From a virus (Duplodnaviria; Caudoviricetes), in IMG/VR virus record IMGVR_UViG_3300025137_000052, positions 1 to 54,051 of that record: a stretch of 54,051 nucleotides of DNA, one strand, 5' to 3'. Below, piece after piece: positions 26,111 through 33,807 of this stretch (the first letter of the stretch is position 1; each line of letters begins with the position of its first letter). The notes below the pieces were generated by a model that saw only the letters and a program-made list of their open reading frames with translations, had not been told where the DNA came from and searched no databases. The translations under genes were made by a program, and so were the position numbers.

Positions 26111-26574
26111 CAATAGTAGTATGGGACGGGCAGATATTAGCTACTGATAGACAAGCTAACGATGGCTCACAGAAATGGGAAACAGATAAAGCATGGTATG
26201 TGGTTAAAGATAACAAACCATATATAGTATCAGGCGTTGGTGTACTTCAAGATATAATTCTTTTACGAGAATGGTTTACTAATGGGGCTAAGAAAGATGA
26301 GTTCCCTATATCGTCTCGATCTAATCGAATGTCATACACAGCACAACTTGTTGTTGTGAGTAAGAACGAGGGGCTGATACTGTATGAGGGTACACCACAC
26401 CCAGTAGTCCATGGGTTTACACCATGTGCATTCGGAGATGGTAAAGACTTTTCATTAGGTGCATTATCAATGGGTGCTACATCTACTGAGGCAGTAGGAG
26501 TAGCTAATGAACATTCTTTACATTGTGGTAAAGGTATTACAGAATTAACTTTGAATGAAAGCAAAGCACATTAA
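26107..26574 (+). CDS. Ntn-hydrolase / HslV-proteasome-subunit-like protein
   Basis: N-terminal M-T-I-V-V-W-D-G…ATDRQ…K and AFGDG…LGAL…AV…A…CG pattern. Confidence 0.65.
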   Translation: MTIVVWDGQILATDRQANDGSQKWETDKAWYVVKDNKPYIVSGVGVLQDIILLREWFTNGAKKDEFPISSRSNRMSYTAQLVVVSKNEGLILYEGTPHPVVHGFTPCAFGDGKDFSLGALSMGATSTEAVGVANEHSLHCGKGITELTLNESKAH

Positions 26575-26584
26575 GGGGTAATCA

Positions 26585-26767
26585 ATGACTAAGTACAAAA
26601 AAACAGGTTGGGTTAAGGTTAAAGATAAACTTTCTTGTTCGGCAGATGAACTACTAGAAAGTATTATGGAGGCTACAGCTGATATGGGTGTAGTAATATA
26701 TAACGATGAAGATACAGCAGAAAAAGATGGTGTAGATTTACATATAGTAATAGAAAGAGAGGAGTAA
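26585..26767 (+). CDS. Hypothetical protein
   Basis: Small ORF in the operon. Confidence 0.55.
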   Translation: MTKYKKTGWVKVKDKLSCSADELLESIMEATADMGVVIYNDEDTAEKDGVDLHIVIEREE

Positions 26768-26998
26768 ATGATAGTTAAAAGCAATGACAAGGTAGAGAAA
26801 CCTGAACACTATGCAAGGTATAAGATAGAGCCAATAACATTTATTGTTGAGAACGATATACCATATTGCGAATCAAACGTAATCAAGTATGTCTGTAGGT
26901 GGCAACACAAACACCCAACTAAACAAGGACAGATAGAGGACTTGAAGAAAGCTAAGCAATACTTAGATATATTAATTAACAAAGCAGAGAGAGGGTAG
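26768..26998 (+). CDS. DUF3310 / T7 gp1.7-like nucleotide kinase-family protein
   Basis: VEKPEHY…IEPI…NVIKYVCR…EDLKKAKQYL. Confidence 0.85.
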   Translation: MIVKSNDKVEKPEHYARYKIEPITFIVENDIPYCESNVIKYVCRWQHKHPTKQGQIEDLKKAKQYLDILINKAERG

Positions 26999-28860
26999 TG
27001 GATATAGTAACCATAGATTTTGAAACCTATTATGATAGGGACTACTCTCTATCTAAAATGACAACTGAATCTTATATAAGAGACAAGAGGTTTCAGGTCA
27101 TAGGCGTAGCAGTCAAAGTAAACAACAACAAAACTGAATGGTATAGTGGAGATGATGTCGGTAGTTTTCTCGACTCACTCATGCTATCAGACAAGTATCT
27201 ACTAGCACACCATTCGGCTTTCGATGGTGCCATACTATCGTGGCACTATAATATAAAGCCTAAGTTTTGGTTTGACACTATGTCTATGGCTAGACCCAAG
27301 CACAGTATGACAATAGGTTGTTCATTGAATGCACTGTCATCTTGTTACAAGATAGGACAGAAAGGAACTGAAGTACTTAATGCACTAGGTAAAAGGTTGG
27401 AAGACTTTACTTCGGAGGAACTGAAGTCTTATGCTGGCTACTGTATTAACGATGTTGAGCTTACATATAAACTGTTTAAGGTTTTAGCTAAAGGGTTTCC
27501 ACAATCAGAGCTCAAGGTTATAGACCAAACAATTAGAATGTATACTGAGCCTGAGCTTGAGATAGATGAGGCACTACTCACGGATCACCTATCGACGATA
27601 ACAACAAACAAACAGAAACTTGTTGACACGTTAACGACTAAGACTTCTGGATCGCAGGTCAAAAAGGTTTTGATGTCTAATAATATGTTCGCCGAAATTT
27701 TGAAAAAAGTTGGGGTCGCACCACCGACGAAAGTATCTATAAGAACAGGCGAGAAAACTTTTGCCTTCGCCAAGACCGACAAACAATTTACATCTTTGAT
27801 GGAACACCCCAAGCCAATCGTACAACAACTCGTATCAGCAAGGCTAGGTGTTAAGTCAACTATAGAAGAGACAAGAACAGAGAACTTAATTAATGTAAAG
27901 CAAAGAGGTAAGTTACCTATCATGCTTAATTATTATGGAGCACACACAGGTAGGTTTAGTGGTGGAGATAAACTTAACTTACAGAACTTGCCTAGGAATG
28001 GAGTCATACGCAAAGCATTGACAGTACCACAGGATAAAATGTTAATAGCATGCGACTCATCACAGATTGAGGCACGCATGGTTGCATATATAAGTGGGCA
28101 AAAAGATTTGGTCGAGGCTTTCAGACAAGGTAGAGATGTATATAGTGAGTTTGCCAGTGAAGTATATGGTAGAAAAGTAACTAAGAAAGACAAGCTTGAG
28201 AGGTTTGTAGGTAAGACATGCATACTAGGACTAGGTTATGGTATGGGTGCAGAGAAGTTTAGAAATACCTTAGCTTTAGGGCAAGGTGGTATGTCAGTAG
28301 ACATTGACATCAATGAGGCACAAAGAATTGTTAACTTATATAGACAGAAAAACCACAGGATAGTTTCCTTTTGGGGTGTATGTGACTATGCACTGAGAGG
28401 AATACTTCATGGTAGAGAAGACTCTATATGTGATGACATGTTGGAGTATGATTCCAAAGGGATTGTATTACCAAACAATCTTCGTATCAGATACCCTATG
28501 TTACGAAGAAGTAGAGATGGATTTGAGTACATATCCAACGCAAGGACTTACAGGAAGTTAAAGACTACAGGTAAGATCGAGGACAAGGAGTGGACTAAAA
28601 TCTATGGGGGAAAAGTAACAGAGAATATCGTACAGGCTTTAGCTAGGATAGTTATATCAGAGCAAATGGTTGAGTTAGGTAAACAGTACAGAGTTTTATT
28701 TCAGGTACATGATGAGCTAATTTTACTGGTTGATGCTAAAAAGGTATCGCAAGTACGAGAACATGTTGAGACAACAATGTCGACACCACCTATATGGGCA
28801 GGGGACTTACCCGTCGCATGTGAAAGTGGTATTGGCTACAACTACGGAGACGCAAAATGA
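26998..28860 (+). CDS. polA: DNA polymerase family A with 3'-5' exonuclease
   Basis: Exo DFET, HHSAFD, YCINDV; TGRFS; motif A DSSQIEAR; motif B RFVGKTCILGLGYG; motif C VHDE. Confidence 0.95.
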   Translation: MDIVTIDFETYYDRDYSLSKMTTESYIRDKRFQVIGVAVKVNNNKTEWYSGDDVGSFLDSLMLSDKYLLAHHSAFDGAILSWHYNIKPKFWFDTMSMARPKHSMTIGCSLNALSSCYKIGQKGTEVLNALGKRLEDFTSEELKSYAGYCINDVELTYKLFKVLAKGFPQSELKVIDQTIRMYTEPELEIDEALLTDHLSTITTNKQKLVDTLTTKTSGSQVKKVLMSNNMFAEILKKVGVAPPTKVSIRTGEKTFAFAKTDKQFTSLMEHPKPIVQQLVSARLGVKSTIEETRTENLINVKQRGKLPIMLNYYGAHTGRFSGGDKLNLQNLPRNGVIRKALTVPQDKMLIACDSSQIEARMVAYISGQKDLVEAFRQGRDVYSEFASEVYGRKVTKKDKLERFVGKTCILGLGYGMGAEKFRNTLALGQGGMSVDIDINEAQRIVNLYRQKNHRIVSFWGVCDYALRGILHGREDSICDDMLEYDSKGIVLPNNLRIRYPMLRRSRDGFEYISNARTYRKLKTTGKIEDKEWTKIYGGKVTENIVQALARIVISEQMVELGKQYRVLFQVHDELILLVDAKKVSQVREHVETTMSTPPIWAGDLPVACESGIGYNYGDAK

Positions 28861-29111
28861 CAGACATAATAGGAACAGATGGTAAAGAAATAAAATCAGA
28901 GAGTGAACTTAGGAAAGAACAGGTACTCAAAGTACTTAAAGAAACAATGGACGTAGCAAAAACTAGTGATGATGTCACTCAAGTATTTGTACTTGTCAAG
29001 GTAGGCAAGACATACATAAGACATTCCACTCATGTAGATGATACAGTTAGTGAGCTAGGTAGGATAGACTTACTGAAACATGATATACTTATGAGAGCAA
29101 ACTCAAAATGA
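28857..29111 (+). CDS. Hypothetical protein
   Basis: Coupled ORF. Confidence 0.65.
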   Translation: MTDIIGTDGKEIKSESELRKEQVLKVLKETMDVAKTSDDVTQVFVLVKVGKTYIRHSTHVDDTVSELGRIDLLKHDILMRANSK

Positions 29112-29773
29112 CCGAACAACTATCACATAGTTATTCATCTATTAAGATGTACGAACAATGCCCAAAGAGGTACCTACATCAGCGTATAAACAAAGAGGTT
29201 GAAGATAAAGGTAGTGACGCTACTATCTATGGCGAGAGAGTACACAAACAATTAGAAGACAGACTAAAGATTGGTACGCAGCTACCTGAAGAGTCGGTCA
29301 AACACGAACAAGTTTGCACAACAATCGAATCACTTACTAAAAATTCAGAGTTATACCTCGAGCAGAAGCTGTGCTTAAATGCAAACCTTACACCAACAGG
29401 TTGGTACGACAACGACGCATGGCTCAGATCCATCCTTGATGTGTTAGTTATAAAAGATAAGGTAGCTATAGTTATGGATTGGAAGACAGGTAAAAGGAGA
29501 CCTGACTTTACACAACTAGAACTGTTTGCCCTTCAGGTTTTTGTACACTACCCACAGATAGAAGAAGTGAAGACCAGTTTCATATGGTTAAAGGAGGGCA
29601 AGACAGACTCAGAAACATTTAGATTAATAGACACCAAGCTTATGTGGGGGGAGTTACTATCAAGGATAGAGAGAATCAACCAGTCATATAAGTCCAACAA
29701 CTTTCCAGCAAGACCTAGTGGTTTATGTAGGTATTGCCCAGCAAATAAAATGTGCGAGTATGCTAGAACTTAA
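29108..29773 (+). CDS. PD-(D/E)XK exonuclease (Cas4/RecB-like)
   Basis: SYSS…CP, GERVH, ILDVL…DWKTG, QL, C-terminal CRYC…C. Confidence 0.88.
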   Translation: MTEQLSHSYSSIKMYEQCPKRYLHQRINKEVEDKGSDATIYGERVHKQLEDRLKIGTQLPEESVKHEQVCTTIESLTKNSELYLEQKLCLNANLTPTGWYDNDAWLRSILDVLVIKDKVAIVMDWKTGKRRPDFTQLELFALQVFVHYPQIEEVKTSFIWLKEGKTDSETFRLIDTKLMWGELLSRIERINQSYKSNNFPARPSGLCRYCPANKMCEYART

Positions 29774-29802
29774 TACTTGACATATATGTAAATCTATATA
29801 AT

Positions 29803-30144
29803 ATGGCTAATACACCTGAGGGTAAAATTAAAAAGAAACTTGACACCATGTTAAAGTCTTTAGATGTGTGGTTTTATAGTCCACAATCAGGCATATATGG
29901 TAAGTCAGGGATACCTGATCGAATCGCTGTAGCAAATGGTAGATTCATAGGTATTGAATGTAAAGCAGATAGAACTAGGAAACCTACAGCTTTACAGATT
30001 AGGTGTATGGAAGATATTGAAAGAGCTAATGGTAAATGTTTTGTAGTTTATGATGACGATACCATTAATGAAGTGAAAGATTATATAGAGAGTATTGAAT
30101 ATGATAGTAGTAAAACAAGCGAAGGCACTAGCACTAAACCCTGA
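29803..30144 (+). CDS. VRR-NUC nuclease (Holliday-junction resolvase-like)
   Basis: PEG…GIPD…FIGIECK…PTALQ. Confidence 0.88.
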   Translation: MANTPEGKIKKKLDTMLKSLDVWFYSPQSGIYGKSGIPDRIAVANGRFIGIECKADRTRKPTALQIRCMEDIERANGKCFVVYDDDTINEVKDYIESIEYDSSKTSEGTSTKP

Positions 30145-31651
30145 GCACCCAAACCAAATACTACACACAGTACCAGAGTCCAGGCGACTAAAGCATAACA
30201 ACCGAGAACTTGTTGTCACACCTCATACCGTTAAGTCGGTTCAAATTTTGAAGAAGGTAGGTATCAGGGCACCAAGTCCTATCTTATATTACTACGATTG
30301 GGTTGGAGACTTTACACCATACCACCATCAGAAAATGACATCAGCATTTTTAACTATACATGACAAGGCGTTGGTGCTTAATGAAATTGGAACAGGTAAA
30401 ACTCAATCAGCTTTATGGGCATGTGACTACCTGATGGACATAGGTGAGATTCGTAAGGTTTTAGTTATATCACCACTGTCTACTCTTGAAAGGGTATGGG
30501 GTGATAGTATATTTAAAAGCTTTCCACATAGACAAGCAGTTACTTTACATGGTACTAGTGCTAGAAGAAAGCAGTTACTTAAAACAGACGCAGATTTTTA
30601 TATCATAAATCATGATGGCTTTCCTATTATAACGGAAGAGTCTATGGGTATGTTTGATTTAATCATAGTTGATGAGGCGGCTGTCTTACGTAACCCATCT
30701 ACCAACAGGTTTAAGATACTTCGTAAATATATAGCTAAGCATGACAAGATTAAACTTTGGTTAATGACTGGTACACCTACACCTAATGACCCAACAGACG
30801 CATGGGCTTTAGCTAGACTTGTTGATAGTCCGTATAATTCTAAAACTTATACAGCTTTTAAAGAGTCAGTGATGATGAAGATAAGTCAATGGAAGTGGAT
30901 ACCACGACCTGAATCAATAGATACAGTTAAACATGTACTACATCCTGCTGTCAGGTACACAAGAGATGAGTGCTTTGACCTACCTGAAACTGTATTCCAA
31001 ACACGTAAGGTTGAACTTACAACAGAGCAGAAGAAACATCACAATAAAATGCTCAAACATTTTGTTACAGAACTAGAAGAAGAAGGAACTATAACTGCTG
31101 TTAATGAGGCAGTTAAACTACAGAAACTTGTACAGATAAGTTGCGGTGTTGTATACGGTGATGATGGTGATCATATAGAAGTAGATTGCACACCACGAGT
31201 CAATGTTGTTAAAGAAGTATTAGAACAAGTTGACGGTAAGGTAATAGTATTTGTACCACTAACAGGTACGTTAAGAATGTTGGAGAGGATTCTCTCTAAA
31301 CAATGGAGCGTTGCGGTAGTTAATGGAGAAGTATCAGCTACAAAAAGAAACAAGATATTCTATGACTTTCAAAATGCTAAAGACCCTCGTGTCCTTATTG
31401 CCCACCCTGCCACTATGGCACATGGGCTTACGTTGACAGCGGCTAGCACAATCATATGGTATGGACCAGTGACTAGTAATGAGCAATACATTCAGGCGAA
31501 TGGAAGGATAGAGAGGATAGGGAAGAAACACGTATCAAACATTATACATATAGAGGCGACCGAACTTGAATATAAAATGTATGAACGTCTTAAATGTAAA
31601 CAAAAACTACAAGGTTTATTACTAGACCTTATTAAAAATGAGAGGAAATAA
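30095..31651 (+). CDS. SNF2-like superfamily 2 helicase
   Basis: GTGKT, DEAA, MTGTP, HGLTL, QANGRIERIG. Confidence 0.9.
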   Translation: MNMIVVKQAKALALNPEHPNQILHTVPESRRLKHNNRELVVTPHTVKSVQILKKVGIRAPSPILYYYDWVGDFTPYHHQKMTSAFLTIHDKALVLNEIGTGKTQSALWACDYLMDIGEIRKVLVISPLSTLERVWGDSIFKSFPHRQAVTLHGTSARRKQLLKTDADFYIINHDGFPIITEESMGMFDLIIVDEAAVLRNPSTNRFKILRKYIAKHDKIKLWLMTGTPTPNDPTDAWALARLVDSPYNSKTYTAFKESVMMKISQWKWIPRPESIDTVKHVLHPAVRYTRDECFDLPETVFQTRKVELTTEQKKHHNKMLKHFVTELEEEGTITAVNEAVKLQKLVQISCGVVYGDDGDHIEVDCTPRVNVVKEVLEQVDGKVIVFVPLTGTLRMLERILSKQWSVAVVNGEVSATKRNKIFYDFQNAKDPRVLIAHPATMAHGLTLTAASTIIWYGPVTSNEQYIQANGRIERIGKKHVSNIIHIEATELEYKMYERLKCKQKLQGLLLDLIKNERK

Positions 31652-32054
31652 TATGTTGACTGTAAATAAAGTTATAGAGGCATACCTTAAACTAAGAAGT
31701 CAGAAAGAATCTATTGAGTCTGAGGCTAAGGAAAAAGTTATGGGTATCAAAGAGCAAATGATTAAGCTTGAGGCTTGGATTAAAAACAGAGCTGACGAAG
31801 AGGGAGTTGATTCGTTTAAGACAGCTAAAGGTACAGCATTCTTAACCACTAGTGACTACGCACAGGTAGCTGATTGGGACGCAGTACTTGAGTTTATAAA
31901 AGATAATGAGGCTTATGATTTACTAGAGAAACGAGTTAGTAAGCGAGCAGTAAAAGGATATATTGAAGAAGAGAAAGTTGTGCCATCAGGAGTAAATTAT
32001 GGTACACGAATAGATATTAATGTAAGGAAACCAGCTAATAAAGTGGAAGACTAA
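31638..32054 (+). CDS. Hypothetical replication-module protein
   Basis: Coiled coil, then FKTAKGTA…DWD…LLEKRVS…VPSGV. Confidence 0.7.
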   Translation: MRGNNMLTVNKVIEAYLKLRSQKESIESEAKEKVMGIKEQMIKLEAWIKNRADEEGVDSFKTAKGTAFLTTSDYAQVADWDAVLEFIKDNEAYDLLEKRVSKRAVKGYIEEEKVVPSGVNYGTRIDINVRKPANKVED

Positions 32055-32731
32055 TGAACAGGTCTAAGCTTTCTATAAAAAATTCTACTTTCAGCGTGAT
32101 CACGGACGGTGAATGCGACACTCTATCTGATACAAGTTTAGAGGTGGTGTTCGTGGGTGCAAACCCTGACGTGTCTAAGATGTGGTATGAAAGTGAATGG
32201 TCAGATGATAGAGATTCGACATCACCTGATTGTTTTTCTCTTGATGGTAAGACACCTAATAAGAATAGTGTGTCACCTCAGAACGATATCTGTGTATTAT
32301 GTCCACGTAATGCATGGGGTTCTAGGATAACACCATCAGGATTCAAGGTTAAAGATTGCTCTGATATAAAAAGAGTAGCCGTTATCCTTGTGGACAAACC
32401 AAGGCGAGGTGTGTGTCTGTTACATATAACACCTTCGTCATTAAAGAACTTGAATGCGTATCATAAAACATTATCTATGAGAGGTATTGTTCCTGAAATA
32501 TGTAGGACGATACTATCTTTTGATGAGAACGTTAACTACCCAAGACTTACTTTTAAGTTTGGTGGGTTCTTACCTGAGGATACTCAGAAATATGTTGATA
32601 CATATACAGGTACTGACGAAGTAAAGTATGTTACAGGAGAACTTGCAACGCTTAGTGGACAATCAGCTACCGCAGAGGACTTCGGTTTCTCTGTTGAGGT
32701 AGGTTATATAACTAATATTGAGGAAAAATAA
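32054..32731 (+). CDS. Putative ssDNA-binding/annealing protein with Cys cluster
   Basis: PDCFSLDG…CVLCPRNAWGS…C motif; located in the replication module. Confidence 0.55.
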   Translation: MNRSKLSIKNSTFSVITDGECDTLSDTSLEVVFVGANPDVSKMWYESEWSDDRDSTSPDCFSLDGKTPNKNSVSPQNDICVLCPRNAWGSRITPSGFKVKDCSDIKRVAVILVDKPRRGVCLLHITPSSLKNLNAYHKTLSMRGIVPEICRTILSFDENVNYPRLTFKFGGFLPEDTQKYVDTYTGTDEVKYVTGELATLSGQSATAEDFGFSVEVGYITNIEEK

Positions 32732-33466
32732 ATGGCTAATAAAACATTTACAACCCCAGTGGGTGTCGCAAATTACCCTTACATAAGTAAACCCGACACT
32801 CAATTTGACGCAGAAGGAGTATATAAAGTTACTCTTGCTGTACCTGAAGAGGAGGCTAAGCCTATAGTTGATCTTATCAATGCTGAATTACTAGCAGGGA
32901 TAAAAGCTTTGAAAGAGGCTAAGCCTAAAACTAAATTTAAGAGTGCACCGTTACCTTATTCTAAAGAAGAAGATGATGATGGTAATGAAACAGGTAACAT
33001 TCTAATTAAGTTTAAATCTAAAGCGGCGTACAAACCATCTGTCTTTGACGCAAAGAACAACCCTATGGTTAACCATAACATATGGGGTGGTTCAGAACTT
33101 AAAGTCAATGGTGCTATAGCTTTCTATAGCTCACCATCTATTGGTCAAGGTGTTACTCTAAGACTTAGAGCAGTACAAGTTATCCAATATGTTGAGGGGT
33201 CTGATGGAGCAGGCAAGTTTAACTTTGAGGAAGAAGATGGATACGTATCGGCAGCCAGTGATTCAGTAGAGTCTGACACAGAAGAACAAGTTGACATAAG
33301 TGTGAACGTTCCTGCAGCTGCTGCGGAGGAAGACAAACCAGTAAAGCCTGTAGCTAAAGCTAAACCTAAAGCTAAACCAGTACCAGTTGAAGAGCCTGAA
33401 GATGTACCAGTTGTGTCATCTGACGACGACTTAGCTGCTGAGATAGCTAAGCTTGTTGGGGAGTAA
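32732..33466 (+). CDS. ssDNA-binding protein, T7 gp2.5-like
   Basis: TPVGVANYPYISKPD…FKSKA…IWGGSELKV…LRLRAVQVI and an acidic tail. Confidence 0.85.
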   Translation: MANKTFTTPVGVANYPYISKPDTQFDAEGVYKVTLAVPEEEAKPIVDLINAELLAGIKALKEAKPKTKFKSAPLPYSKEEDDDGNETGNILIKFKSKAAYKPSVFDAKNNPMVNHNIWGGSELKVNGAIAFYSSPSIGQGVTLRLRAVQVIQYVEGSDGAGKFNFEEEDGYVSAASDSVESDTEEQVDISVNVPAAAAEEDKPVKPVAKAKPKAKPVPVEEPEDVPVVSSDDDLAAEIAKLVGE

Positions 33467-33469
33467 CCA

Positions 33470-33751
33470 ATGGCTAAGTTACCTCTAGACTTTAAGAAAG
33501 TAGAAGCTCTTAGGAAACATATGTTACTTACTACTAGTAACATGGCTGAGCTTTTAGAGGTATCTCGCATGACTTATTACGGATGGGTTAAAGGTAAGCC
33601 TGTCCGTAAAAAGAATGATGAGAGAGTTAGAGATATGCTTAGGCAACTACTAGCTATTATGGGTGATGGGTGGCCAATGCCTAGGATTATAGCTATAGAG
33701 CAGAAGGATAGGTTCAAGAGCCTTCTTGAGGTTTTAGAGAAAAAGGAATAA
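33470..33751 (+). CDS. HTH (Cro/XRE-like) DNA-binding protein
   Basis: MAELLEVSRMTYYGW. Confidence 0.8.
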   Translation: MAKLPLDFKKVEALRKHMLLTTSNMAELLEVSRMTYYGWVKGKPVRKKNDERVRDMLRQLLAIMGDGWPMPRIIAIEQKDRFKSLLEVLEKKE

Positions 33752-33761
33752 TATAACAAAT

Positions 33762-33787
33762 GGTGGTTAGATAAAGGTCTAGCCACC
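33762..33787 (+). promoter_or_regulatory. Hairpin in the primase leader
   Basis: ggtggttaga-taaagg-tctagccacc 10-bp stem with one G-U pair. Confidence 0.55.
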
Positions 33788-33807
33788 GTAATAAAGGTAA
33801 AGCAAAT

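Noticed and set aside
29777-29802. TTGACA…TATAAT before the VRR-NUC gene
   Set aside because: The spacer is only 14 nt and TATAAT abuts the ATG; not a canonical promoter geometry, so left uncalled.
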